From Octopus vulgaris (taxonomy: Eukaryota), in NCBI GenBank assembly GCA_951406725.2, contig OX597827.1, positions 6,944,001 through 7,008,000 on the forward strand: 64,000 nucleotides of DNA. Direction: 5' to 3'. Below are positions 37,219 through 50,273 of the stretch, one piece after another; within the stretch, counting starts at the first letter, position 1; each line of letters starts with the position of its first letter. The notes beneath the pieces are model-generated. The model was not told where the DNA came from and searched no databases. It saw only the letters and a list, made by a program, of their open reading frames with translations. Both the position numbers and the translations under genes were made by a program.

Positions 37219-37489
37219 AGGGGAAGCTGCTGACCTCCTCTGTTCGAAGGTTATAATGGACACAGGTTCATGTGTCACATAGCTAGCTAGAGGTGATGGC
37301 CTCTTGGAGCTAATCAACGGCAGCATTCGTCCTATTTATCTGGACTGCCATGTTAGGTTGGCGATAACTATTAATATCCAGTACCGCTGCTGTAGTCTCC
37401 TTTAGAGAGACTTAGAAATAATGATATTTCTATTTTTGAAAGCCAGTGGATGTATTCCACTGAATTTAGGTAAATAATCCTTTGACACC

Positions 37490-37561
37490 TGCTGGGTTCG
37501 GCCACTCCACATTGATAAAAAGCAAACACCTTGAAACTAGTCTGTGGATGCCAAGCCAGCA
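37490..37561 (+). ncRNA. Type I hammerhead ribozyme, U3-A8 variant (copy 2)
   Basis: Identical to copy 1, 343 nt downstream; predicted cut after C37542. Confidence 0.82.
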
Positions 37562-38147
37562 AGGGGAAGCTGCTGACCTCCCCTGTTCGAAGGTTATAAT
37601 GGACACAGGTTCATGTGTCATATAGCTAGCTAGAGGTGATGGCCTCTTGGAGCTAATCAACGGCAGCATTCGTCCTATTTATCTGAACTGCCATGTTAGG
37701 TTGGCGATAACTATTAATATCCAGTACCGCTGCCGTAGTCTCCTTTAGAGAGACTTAGAAATAACGATATTTCTATAAATGAAGGAAAGATATTTACATA
37801 AATTCAATTGGCCTAGAATTTTATGATACTATTTTCCTCCAACACAAACAAGTTGTGTTTTGGTATCTAAAAATATTACATCAGATGTCTGATCTCTTAT
37901 TTGACACAATATCTTAAATTTTTATCTTTTCAGAAACCCAATTTATCACTTCAACTAGTGAAAAAGATAAATACATAAATTTCACTGGTCTACATCCCTT
38001 AAATCATTTAATTTTCTCAATAGACAAAATGAAATAAAAAAAACAGCATCTACACTGACACTCAAAGACCCCTTTTCGAATATTTGTTGAAACTGTTTCC
38101 CCCATCACAAACTGTCATAATATTTAAAAAGTGAATACATTGGATGA

Positions 38148-38565
38148 TGCCGTTGCCAGCACCATCCATTCGTGGCCGTTGCCAGCCTCGCCTGGCCCCG
38201 TGCCGGTGGCACGTAAAAAGCACCATCCATTCGTGGCCGTTGCCAGCCTCACCTGGCCCCGTGCCGGTGGCACGTAAAAAGCACCATCCGTTCGTGGCCG
38301 TTGCCAGCCTCGCCTGGCCCCGTGCCGGTGGCACGTAAAAAGCACCATCCGTCCGTGGTCGTTTGCCAGCCCCGTCTGGCACGTAAAAAGCACCCACTAC
38401 ACTCACGGAGTTGTTGGCGTTAGGAAGGGCATCCAGCCGTTGAAACACTGCCAGATCAGACTGGACCTGGCGCAGCCTACTGGCTTCCCAGTCCCCAGTT
38501 GAACCGTCCAACCCATGCTAGCATGGAAAGCGGACGCTAAATGATGATGATGATGATGATGATGA
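38148..38565 (+). mobile_element. SINE-like element with internal 61-bp GC-rich tandem repeat and (gat)n tail
   Basis: About 3.5 copies of gccgttgccagcctcgcctggccccgtgccggtggcacgtaaaaagcaccatccattcgtg, then the same 3' domain as 21890-22055. Confidence 0.8.
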
Positions 38566-38842
38566 TATATCAATATCCACAAAGAAACAGAAAACTCAAT
38601 AAAAAAAACAATATGACTATCATGGCTAAAACTATCTTTGACCATCGATTATTTCAATCAGAAACAACTTGGAATTAAAAGGCAGCTGTGACGCAAATAA
38701 TGTATAACTAGCTTTTCCACTGAAATCATATTCCTATAAACTATTAACAATTAGTCTGATTAATTAATGATAAATACATTTTTCAGAAATACATTCATAA
38801 ATTCATTATGGTTAGCAGTAACTTTTGTAGTCTGAAGATATA

Positions 38843-39078
38843 CCTATTTCTTTACTACCCACAACGGGCTAAACACAGATGGGGACAAACAAGGACAGAC
38901 AAACGGATTAAGTTGATTTCATCGATCTCCAGTACGTAACTGGTACTTAATTTATCGACCCCGAAAGGATGAAAGGCAAAGTCAACCTCGGCGGAATTTG
39001 AACTCAGAACGTAACGGTAGACGAAATACGGCTACGCATTTCATCCAGCGTGCTAACGATTCTGCCAGCTTGCCGCCC
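38843..39078 (-). mobile_element. SINE (third family, reverse)
   Basis: Reverse complement of the 30940-31161 element; tctgaaga at both flanks. Confidence 0.75.
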
Positions 39079-39565
39079 TCTGAAGAAAAACAGTTGAGAT
39101 TTTCAGCAATCTGTTGGAGATAGAAAACCATAACTTTTACTCTAACATGCTAAAGGCCTGATATGCAATAGGGATTCCTTTAGCTTTTTTTCTATATTTA
39201 TACTAATGCCATACTTAAGTTTCACAACGCTAGTTATGCCACGATATTGCCAAAATATCTTACTGATTATTCTACTACTAAACATATTTATAGTAGGCCA
39301 CAAGGATATGCCTCAAGCCACTGCAATGAAGTTGCAGCCTTTACATTTAGACACAATTCATAATTTTTTAGACATGGTTCATAAATTATTTTTGATACGG
39401 AAATTTTAAGAATTTTAGTGTTTTCTTCCACTACTGCAATGGACTCAACTCATTTCAAATTGTCTTCTCTGATTCATATTAAAACTACTCACTGAATGAT
39501 GGGTTAAAGATGCCATTTCCTTTAACACCAACACCTGGATCTTTTATCTTATAATAATAATGAAA

Positions 39566-39905
39566 TTATTGTATACAGTGCTCAGGTGCACCACAACTTG
39601 TCAGAAAGTGCGTATAGAGTATATGCAGTAATGTACAAATGTCTGGAAAGCGAACAATGCACGAGTCAGATACATGCTTGTGTGTGTATGGAGGGGAGAC
39701 GAATCTCAGAAAGCATGGAAGTTTTGAAGGTTGCAGTGCTCCGACAACTAACAACTGATGCCGGCAGTTTGTTCCATGCTTCAGCAACTCTCAGCGTGAA
39801 AACATGTTTCCTGAAGTCATGGGAGCTGTGCTGTTTTCTGACTTTGTAAATATGTCCACGGGTGTTAGATGGGTGGAATTTGAAAAGGTGCTCGGAGTTT
39901 ACCTG
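39566..39905 (-). mobile_element. 3' fragment of a CR1/L2-type LINE
   Basis: Minus frame encodes FRKHVFTLRVAEAWNKLPASVV, typical of the ORF2 C-terminus of CR1-like LINEs; short tail copy at ~4144-4176. Confidence 0.65.
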
Positions 39906-40604
39906 TTTAAGTCATAGGACTGTGGCCATACTGGGGCACTGCCCCGATACTTATAATCGATTTGCAATTTTACACCGTTAGTACTTCCCAACCATTTTAA
40001 TTCTAAAGTTCCTTTGTTGCAGACATTTACAATGGGTTTCTGTTTCATTGATATCGTTCGTTTTTCAGATTCATCATTGCAGAGTAAAATTCAGTGATTA
40101 GAGATTTGGAGAAAAGATTTTTTAAAAAAACTAATACTAACAGAACTCTAACTAAAGGAGTTGTTGCCCTTTGAGCCTGACCTACAAAAGAATAAATTTA
40201 CAACATTTGCCTAATAGTTTAAGTTGAAAAAATTTCTTCATCACATTTACCTTCTAATTACACATATTTAATCATTAAGTAACATTTAACATCATTCTCC
40301 CATTAAATAGCCAATCTAAATCATAGTCGTAATTCAAGAATTTAGTGAAACAATAAAATTACGAATTTTGGTATTTTGTGAATATTTCCTAAATTTTACT
40401 CTTTAAGAAATACCATTTACATTCCAGATTTAATAAATAGAAATTATGACAAGGTACAAATAACCGTGAAAAATTCTAACATTAAATAAACTTATTCTAT
40501 TATTACATCCTGTCTGTAACAATAGAATGAACTTGTGATTAAATAAACCATTTGAAAAACATATAAAAGATTACACAAGAGAATAAGTTCTAATAAGTAC
40601 TTAC

Positions 40605-40860
40605 CAACAGGTATCAGTTATTTATATAGTTGTTGCTGTGCTGTTTCAGGGTTTTGGTAACAAAGTTATATCAGTAGCAGAAGTTCTGAGTAGTTTGGTA
40701 TGTGACAGTGTTATGTAGTTCTATGGAGTTGGTTGTGTAGTGTGTAATGTGTGTTGTAGCCAATGACAAGCTGTCTTTTATTCCAGTGCAAGGAAACGGA
40801 AATACAGCCTCCAACTTTTGCAGTTAATGATGGGCTGACTCACAGACTGGTTTACTTAAC
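40605..40860 (-). promoter_or_regulatory. Putative promoter and non-coding exon 1 of Pcdh gene 4
   Basis: GTTG|GTAAGTA donor; CCAAT at 40760-40764. Confidence 0.7.
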
Positions 40861-41890
40861 CCACACCCACATACATATATATATGTGAATGTGTGTTAGT
40901 ACATAAATGAATAAGGAAGAAATGTCTAATGACTAGGATGAAGTGGACAGGCAATAAATTCAGTATGGAAAATATTGATTCAAAATAATGTTAACATAAA
41001 TGTGTGAAAGTATAAGGAACCTAACTTTAGTAACTTCATGTTACAAACTGCACATAACTCTCAAAAAAGTTATCATGGAACCAAGATAAAATTAATTCAC
41101 ATAAAAAATAAATATTTGGAAATATTATATTAATACAATAAAACAGCAGTTGAATCATAGAGGAAGATATTTTAGAAAATACGAAACTGTGGCTATCAAT
41201 AAACTTGTTTATATTCAGTAGAAATGTGTGAAGTAGAACACTGAAGAACAGCAGAATAAGAGAATGAGCAGAAAGAATGATATTTACCAAACCTTTTGCA
41301 TTTGTTAGGTTAAAGGGGTTTACTTCATTTTGGATTTCATAGATTTCCTCAGAATTAATAATAATAATATTGAAGAATTTCATAAAGAACAGAAGTGGAA
41401 GGCAACTACTAATAGATATAACTTCTACAAATTACCATAGTAAAATATTCTGTAAATCTCAGATTTTCTAACAAAACATTAACATCTTGGAGCCTTCGAA
41501 GTGAACACTGATAGCATTACACAATATAAATATAAGATTCTTAAGATTTTGCTATTCCAGAAATGGATTTGCAGAGAAGTTAGGATGTTGAATAAAATGT
41601 TTGCCGTATTTAGTTACAAATTATTATGCACTGTGCTAAAATTGCTATGAGATTAGATTTATTTTATCAATACAAACCAAATAAATGGGTTGATTTACTG
41701 TAAATTAAAATCTAAAAAACAGAATCTGAAAACTAACAGAAACTAATTAATGAAACATTATTGATGCGTGTTCTACTATGAAATGAAATATTGTTTTGTT
41801 ATTAATATTTTCTTTTAATGTATTCCTTACTGGAAATGTATTGCCTGTCTTGAGAAAATAATGCTTTGTTATGTTCTTGAAATTATGCTA

Positions 41891-42222
41891 TTAGACGTCT
41901 GTTGCAGACAGGGGAGGGAGTGGAGGTACCTGGGGTGATGAAGGTACCTTTGGTAGTGTTGTTATTTTGGGTACAGCTGGCAGAGATGGTTTACAGTCTG
42001 AAGTAAACTGACTTTTCACTGGTACTGTAGAATGTTGGTCAGTTATGTTAGATGTGGTCCCAGTAATAGTCAAAGGTGTTTGGTCAATCGAACAGGAAGT
42101 GTTATTATCGACATTAGGTTGATGCTGATATCCATATTTGTTATCTCCCCTTGATCTGTTGAGTGTGTTTTGCAGTTGATTTCTTCTATTCCATGTCTGG
42201 TCACTTTGATAACGACACAGAT
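41891..42222 (-). CDS. Pcdh: Protocadherin gene 5, terminal exon 4 (ends SATDV*)
   Basis: tttctag|AT acceptor; 332 bp. Confidence 0.85.
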
Positions 42223-42826
42223 CTAGAAAAAATATTAAGATTTTATATAAATTTACTTTGCAATCAATAATTAAGCATTTGTTTCATGTGTAAAATTATC
42301 CTAAATCTATGCAGGTTTACTCAAAACTTTGAATTTCTTATGAACAACTTGATAATTTATTGATAATGAAGAATTTAATTAAATTCAGATGTTTTTCATT
42401 TTAACATTCTCATACATGATTATGGATCATTCTTCAGAAGGAATTTTGGAAGAATAATATATGTGAATAAATTTCACGAGAACATTATATATATTGAATA
42501 TCTTGACCTATATCTTTTTAAATGGACACTAATGGACGCTAATCATTAATTTGAAATTAAATCATAGTCCTTTTTATTTGGAGACTGGTGGAATGAAAGC
42601 TCCCTTGTTTGAAAAGCATTCAATGGATTAGTTACAGAAAGAGCCTCTATGTGTAAAGCACTGCCTTAATATTCTACTCATCTGACTCATGCTAGCATAA
42701 GAAAAATGAACGTAAAAGGAATGAACAAACTAAATTAAATATATGTATTACACTCTCATTAGGAAATATGATATTAAATTTAAAAGTTTCTTACAACTGA
42801 AGAAATGCTTAGTATTTTTAACTTAC

Positions 42827-42977
42827 CTGGCAGTTCCTCATAATGTCCAGCACTACCGACACTCCAGCCATGACCACTATCAGTGTGAGAAGACAATGTT
42901 GACATCTCACTGAATTGGTCAGGATTGTTTATTTCTCTGTAACCTGGAGACATACTCTCTTCTCTGGGAATGAACAT
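42827..42977 (-). CDS. Pcdh: Protocadherin gene 5, exon 3 (151 bp)
   Basis: tatag|ATG ... CCAG|GTAAGT. Confidence 0.88.
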
Positions 42978-44084
42978 CTATAAATACAAATCCAATGGAT
43001 CATCATGATGTTCTCGACATTCAAAAAAAAGAAATGTATCACAAAGATTTAGACAATTCTAAGGAATCTTAATCTTTCTATATTCTAAATTCTAAACTTT
43101 CTGAAGTCTTCAAGTAATTTCCCAGAAAGATGAACTCAAAACATCAGTCGGAATATATATATATAAGTACTTTTTAGTATATTTTATTTACTCTGTCTCC
43201 AGGATATCTTCATCATCGCCATCTCAGAGTGCTATGACTTTTGAGTTTATAATATTCAAAGAAGCTTCAATTAGTAAGAAAGAATCATATATTAAGTAAT
43301 TTAGTCACCCCAGTAAACTGAGGATATGAACAATAACAAGCAGAGTAAATAATTCAATATGAAAACAGCAGTCGAGTTTCAAACTAACTTTTCAAATTGT
43401 ATCTGACAGTTTATTAGTATTACCCCAGTAACATAGGAAAACTATTCTACAGATGAAAATATCAAACCTGTTTTATTCGTGTCAAATGCTGACTGCAATT
43501 GTACAGATAAGATTAGCAATTGTCTAAAATACTGTGTATATAACATTCCTCCAACCATAAAGTTTGCACATGTCAATAAATATTTGTTACTTCTCAATTC
43601 CCTATGCAGCATTCAGAAGATATTCTTCTAGGAATAACCAATATTGAAAAGAATGCGAAAATACATTTGGAAAAGATTGATGAACAATAAGGTGAATGAT
43701 TTAAATGTAAAATAGTTAGAGTGGTCATCATCATCTTTTAACATCAGTTCTCCATGCTGACATGGGATGGAGAGTAGGACAGGAGTTAGCTAGCCTTAGA
43801 GCTGTCCATGCTTCATCTCCCTATTTTTCTATAGTTTCTATGAAGGGACGCTCATCCTAACACCAACCACTTAACATTTACACGGCCCCAGCATGGGAAC
43901 TTTTATGTGGAACCTCTCTAGGCAATTTTACATGGCACCTGCAAAGGTGTATTTACATGGTACCAAAATGATTGCTCTGAAATATATATAAAGCAATTAT
44001 ATTTCATGCAGGAACACAAAAACAAATGAAATATGCAACAACCCTTTTTTACCTTGATATTTCAAATAAATATAAGCAATTTAC

Positions 44085-46471
44085 CTGTTCAGGTCTGTTC
44101 AAAGTGAAATCATTCCACTTATCACATGGCAAGGTTCTGCAATAAGTATCTTCCCTATAAACCTTTGATTCTTGAGATGGCTTCAGATTTCTCGACATTG
44201 TGTACGAAATGCCAGGTGGAACACAGGTAGGATCAAATATATATTTCGATTGGTGTTTAATGCAGGTGTAACCTTGTGGTACATATCACCACTGTTGTTA
44301 TAGTTGTTGTCTGTCTGCTTCAGCCTATGAACTATACAGATCGATATAGAGATCACTATAACAACTGATACGATCACAGCTGCTATAACAATAACAATCA
44401 TCACATTCAATTGGAGACCATTACTTGATTCTGTTGTTGTCTTTGAAGGGGTCTTAAATATCTTTGATGTGCTGTTACTAACTGTTAGAGTCAAAGACAA
44501 AGTTGTTGTCGATGACAGAACTGGACTGCCACTGTCTTTCACACCTAATTCCAGTTCATAGAATCCAGCATCATTTTGGTAAAGTGAGCGAGAGAAAGAT
44601 AAGACACCAGAGTGATGGTTCATTTGAAATAAGTGTTTCTCATTACCTCTGAGTATTTCATATGTGAGGAAGGCATTGTGTTGACTGTCTCTGTCAGAGG
44701 CCCTAACAACTGTGATATCATGGTCAGAGTGGGGATGGTAGTGGACATTAAGACTGAAAGGGTCAACATTAGGGAAACTGAAATAGGGAGCATTATCATT
44801 TAAATCCATAACCTCAACAACAACATTTGCTCTCTTCTCCAGTGATGGTGTTCCTTTATCTTTTACTAAAACCTTAAACTCATACAGGTTCTTTTCTTCT
44901 CTGTCTAGTGACTCAGTTGTGGAAATGAATCCCACATCAGATATCTGAAATGGTAGGATATCTTTTCCATTAGATAACAGAGAATAGGTTAATTGTCCTC
45001 CGTCTCCAATATCTGGGTCTGTGGCATTGACATATCCAACAGGGAAGTCTTTGTGTTCATTTTCATAGGTGAGAAACTTAAATATGTCCTGACTAAACTG
45101 AGGTTGTATATCATTTATGTCAGTAACCAGCACAGAAAACTGTTTCTCTACTTTCAATGGAGGTAAACCATTATCTTGACATTTAATGGTGAAATTAAAG
45201 CTCTTCTCACTCTCTCTATCTATTTCACTCTTGACAACAACTTTGTAATTCTTTTCAGACTCTGCGATAAGCTGAAGATATCTGTTTTGTAAATGACACT
45301 TCACTTGTCCATTTGCTCCACTGTCATTGTCAATAACATTGACAAAAGCAACAAAACTGTGAATTAGAGTTCCTTCTGAGATGACTGCTGTGTTTCCAGT
45401 TGACTTGAAGACAAATTTGAAGTCAATGTTTGGTGGATTATTCAAATGAGTGACACCATTTACAAGAACAGTAGCAGCTGAGGACATTGGTGGGTTACCA
45501 TTATCCCTAGCTTCAACAAACAATTTATATATCCTTCCAAATTGAAATTCTTTCTTCAGAAACAAATATCCAGTTACTTCATCTAATCTGAAAAACTGTT
45601 CAGTATATTTTGATGTTATGGCATTGAAAAAATAAGATATTAATCCATTTTCTCCTTCATCTAAATCTGTGGCTGACAGCTTTGCAATCGGTTTGTTTAA
45701 CTGGTGTGTGTCATTTACAGTGACATTATAATTCTTCTCAGAGAACAAAGGTTTATTATCATTTATATCTCTAACTAATATTTTAATATGAAGTACACCT
45801 TTTTTCTGTGGTGATCCATTATCTCTGGCAATTAACTGAATTTCATAAATGCTTTTTGTCTCACGATCTAAGACGTTTTCTAGATTAAGCTGCAATAAAT
45901 CAGATCCATCCAAATCTTTAGAAACAATCAATTTAAAAGGAGTATTTAAATCTTCAATCTCATAAGTGATTCTGGAATTCTGAATACTGACATCATTATC
46001 AATGGCATTTGGAATTATATACCTGGTTCCTATTAGAACATTTTCCTCAAATTTTAAATGAAATTCCTTTTTTGGAAAGTTGGGAGAATTATCATTAACA
46101 TCTTCTATTATAACTTTGAGTTTTAATATCTTAATAACAGAATGGCCATGTTGAACAGCAATTTCTAACATCCTGAAACATTCCACATTATATTGACACA
46201 GAATTTCTGCATCCAATATGGCAGCAGTGTACAAGTGTCCTCCCTGTGTAACATTAAATAACTGAGCTGTTTCATCAGTTCTTCCCTGAACAACATTAAA
46301 CATCAGTTTGCTGTTATCGTCAAGAGATGGTACAGTATCCAATAAGTGTGTATCAGTGACAATATCTCCAATAAAGCTGTGTATATCATTGTTCTCTTTC
46401 ACATGGTAGGTATGATCCACACACCAACAATTGTTAACCATTAACAACACCAATGAAAGTATGTATAACAT
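44085..46471 (-). CDS. Pcdh: Protocadherin gene 5, large coding exon with 1-bp frameshift at ~44252 in the cytoplasmic part
   Basis: 762-aa ORF diverges after VTPALNT; GG here versus GGG in gene 6; conserved donor at 44085/44084. Confidence 0.9.
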
Positions 46472-47401
46472 GGTTACAGCCTACAATTCTGTTACAAGGA
46501 AATATATGTATAATGTTGATGAAACCTATGAAATAATGACTTCTTGAATATTTTCTTCTGTTATCACCTGTAAACATATGAAACATAAAAGCTAATTATG
46601 CATTAACAAAGATGAAGTGATCTAGAAAATTCTCATCAGTGAAAACTGGTAGCAATACAAAATTTTACCAACATATTACAAGGTGTGTCAAAAAATCTAC
46701 ATTATCATTCCTTTCTTTCTATTTATATGCATTTGATAGAATTTTATGTTATTTTCCTCCTACACATTTAATTTATGTTTTAGTGTGTAAAAATATTACA
46801 TCAATTGTATGATCTCTCGCTCTTTGTAACAAACATTTCTTAAATTTTCATCATTTCAAGAACCAACTTTATACTTCAAATAAAAGAAGGAAGCATTAAC
46901 ATATGTTTGACTGGTCAACAACTTAATTTATCTTATTTTCTCACAACATGTACTAAGAAATGAAGCCTACACTGACAATTAATGAACCGTTTCCAAATAT
47001 CAGTCAAATCTCCCCCAAATCACAAACTATCATAATATTTAAAAAGGGGACATATTGGATAATGTATATCAAAGTCCAGCATGGCACAAGACAAAAAGAT
47101 ATGATTATTATGGTTAGAACTGCCTTTGATCATTGATCTATCCAATTAGAAACAACTTGAGATTTAAATTTTGATTGGCAGTCAAGTAATATATAATTAT
47201 ATAATTATCATGTTTCTATACATTATCCACAATCAAGTCTGATTAATAAATGATAAAAGCATTTTGAAAAATACATTCATAAATACATTATGGTAAGCAG
47301 TAAGTTTTGTAGCCTAAAGAATATCCAGTTGAGCTTTTACAATTTTTTCGTCTTAAAAGCCTTCCTTGGGACTTTTCGTCTTCCTTCCCTTCCTTCTTCT
47401 A

Positions 47402-47438
47402 TGTTTCTGACGAGGGGTTGCGCTCGAAATGTTAAATA
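47402..47438 (+). ncRNA. Degenerate minimal hammerhead motif in a Penelope-like relic
   Basis: UGUUU-CUGACGA-G-GGGU(UGC)GCUC-GAAA-UGUU-AAAUA; paralogous copy at 55412. Confidence 0.45.
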
Positions 47439-47499
47439 CTCCATCTTTCATTTCTTTCCTGAGCATCAAAGAACTCTGTCTCTTTATTCATGTTTGGAG

Positions 47500-47549
<50 letters not shown>

Positions 47550-48635
47550 TCTAATCCAGTGTCATATCTAACAAGTTTCACAACACTAGTTGTGTCAAGA
47601 TAGTAATAGAGAATCTTGTACTCAAGTATCCATTACTAAACGTACATTTAGTGTGCCATAAGTCTGTCTCAAATCAGAACAATGAAGCTGCAACCTTTAC
47701 ATTTAGACTATTTGTAATTTTTTTTACATACGATTCGTAAACTTATACTGAGATGGAAAGTAAAAAAATATTTTAGTATTTCCTTCCATTACTAAATTGC
47801 ACTAAAGTCATTTCAACTTGTTTTTCTGATGCATATTAAAACTATTTATGGGATGATGGAGATCAAAGATGCCTTTCGGCTACACACCATTACCTGGATA
47901 TTTTTATCCTTTATTTCTTTCAGGAACTGGACTGCAGCTTTGCTGGGGTACTCCCTTGATACTTATACCACATTCACTCTTTTACAACATTAGTACTCCC
48001 CAACCGTTCTATTCCTAAAGTTATTAAGTTGCAGACTTTTAAAACGGGTCTCTGATTCATTGATATGGTTCGTTTCTAAGAGTCACAGTTTCTGAGCCAC
48101 ATTCTGTAATTAACTATTCAATGAAAAGAAAGAAAAAGATAAATAATAACAGAACTTTAACTAAATGAGTTGTTGCCCTTTGATTCTGATAAAAAAAAAA
48201 AAAAAAGATGTCTGACAGTCAAAGCTGAAGAATTAAATTTCTTCATCACATATACCTTCTAATTACTAATATTTAACATTTATGTTATATTTAACATCGT
48301 TTTTCCATTAAACATTAGACATTCTAATCACAAACATTCAGTAATTTAGTGATTCACTGGAACAGTAAAATAAGAAATTTTAAAATTTAGTGAAATTATA
48401 TCTTTCCTAAAATTTACCATTCTAGACGGTCTTTGAGAAATAATATTTATATTCTAGATTTGATAAATGGAAATCATGACAAGGTACAAAAATCTGTGAA
48501 AAGTTCTAACATCAAGTAAATTTACTCTATTTTTACATCCTGTCTGTAACAATAGAATGAACTTTTGATTAAATAAACCATTTGAAAAGTTATACAAACG
48601 TTTACATAACAGAATAAGTTTTAATAAGTACTTAC

Positions 48636-48890
48636 CAATAGTTGTCAGTTATTTATATAGTTGTTGCTGTGCTGTTTCAGGGTTTTGGTAACAAAGTTAT
48701 ATCAGTAGCAGAAGTTCTGAGTAGTTTGGTATGTGACAGTGTTATGTAGTTCTATGGAGTTGGTTGTGTAGTGTGTAATGTGTGTTGTAGCCAATGACAA
48801 GCTGTCTTTTATTCCAGTGCAAGGAAACGGAAATACAGCCTCCAACTTTTGCAGTTAATGATGGGCTGACTCACAGACTGGTTTACTTAA
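48636..48890 (-). promoter_or_regulatory. Putative promoter and non-coding exon 1 of Pcdh gene 5
   Basis: ATTG|GTAAGTA donor; CCAAT at 48791-48795. Confidence 0.7.
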
Positions 48891-49941
48891 CCCACACCCA
48901 CTTACATATATATATGTGAATGTGTGTTAGTACGTAAATGAATAAGGAAGAAATGTCTAATGACTAGAAGGAAGTGGACAGGCAATAAATTCAGTTTGGA
49001 AAATATTGATTCAAAATAATGTTAATATAAATGTGTAAAAGTATAAGGAACCTAACTTTAGTAACTTTATGTTACAAACTGCACATAACTCTCAGAAAAG
49101 TTATGATGGAACCAGGATAAAATTAATTCATATAAAAGATAAATATTTGGAAATATTATTATATTAATACAATAAAACAGCAGTGGAGTCACAAAGAAAA
49201 CTTTTTAGAAAATACGAAACTAAGGCTATCAATAAACTTATTTATGTTCAGTAGAAATGTGTGAAGTAGAACACTGAAGAACAGCAGAATAAGAGAATGA
49301 GCAGAAAGAATGATATTTACCAAACCTTTTGCATTTGTTAGGTTAAAGGGGTTTACTTCATTTTGGATTTCATAGATTTCCTCAGAATTAATAATAATAA
49401 TATTGAAGAATTTCGTGAAGAACAGAAGTGGAAGGCAACTACTAATAGATTTAACTTCTACAAACTACCATAGTAAAATATTCTGTAAATCTCAGATTTT
49501 GTAACAAAACATTAACATCTTGGAGCCTTCGAAGTGAACACTGATAGCATTACAGAATATAAATATAAGATTCTTAAGATTTTGCTATTCCAGAAATGGA
49601 TTTGCAGAGAAGTTATGATGTTGAATAAAATGTTTGCCGTATTTAGTTACAAATTATTATGCTCTGTGCTAAAATTGCTCTGAGATTAGATTTATTTTAT
49701 CAATACAATAAATGAGATTAAATACAAACCAAATAATTGGGTTGATTTACTGTAAATTAAAATCTAAAAACAGAATCTGAAAACTAACAGAAACTAATGA
49801 ATGAAACATTATTGATGCGTGTTCTACTATGAAATGAAATATTGTTTTGTTATTAATATTTTCTTTTAATGTATTCCTTACTGGAAATGTATTGCCTGTC
49901 TTGAGAAAATAATGCTTTGTTATGTTCTTGAAATTATGCTA

Positions 49942-50273
49942 TTAGACGTCTGTTGCAGACAGGGGAGGGAGTGGAGGTACCTGGGGTGATGAAGGTACCT
50001 TTGGTAGTGTTGTTATTTTAGGTACAGCTGGCAGAGATGGTTTACAATCTGAAGTAAACTGACTTTTCACTGGTACTGTAGAATGTTGTCCAGTTATGTT
50101 AGATGTGGTCCCAGTAATAGTCAAAGGTGTTTGGTCAATCGAACAGGAAGTGTTATTATCGACATTAGGTTGATGGTGATATCCATATTTGTTATCTCCC
50201 CTTGATCTGTTGAGTGTGTTTTGAAGTTGATTTCTTCTATTCCATGTCTGGTCACTTTGGTAACGGCACAGAT
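49942..50273 (-). CDS. Pcdh: Protocadherin gene 6, terminal exon 4 (ends SATDV*)
   Basis: ttttag|AT acceptor; 332 bp. Confidence 0.85.

Larger units (their letters stand above)
36884..37776 (+). mobile_element. Non-LTR retrozyme A: ~2.6 tandem copies of a 343-bp hammerhead-containing unit
   Basis: Period of 343 bp with few substitutions; 8-bp TSD AAATGAAG (36876-36883 and 37777-37784); absent from the homologous position in genes 5-7; one hammerhead per full unit. Confidence 0.85.

Noticed and set aside
37225-37325. HDV-like ribozyme appearance (ACCUCCUC...GGU...GG...GCUAAU)
   Set aside because: L3 too long and no convincing 7-bp P1; the P3-like ACC/GGU is not conserved in element B
37028-37669. 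Duplicated 63/67-aa ORFs in the 343-bp repeat
   Set aside because: Short, no recognisable domain; better explained as the antisense of a structured non-coding retrozyme
41036-41383. 115-aa hydrophobic ORF (partial copy at 56943)
   Set aside because: AT-rich 3'UTR/spacer sequence; start codon and length not conserved among the duplicated copies
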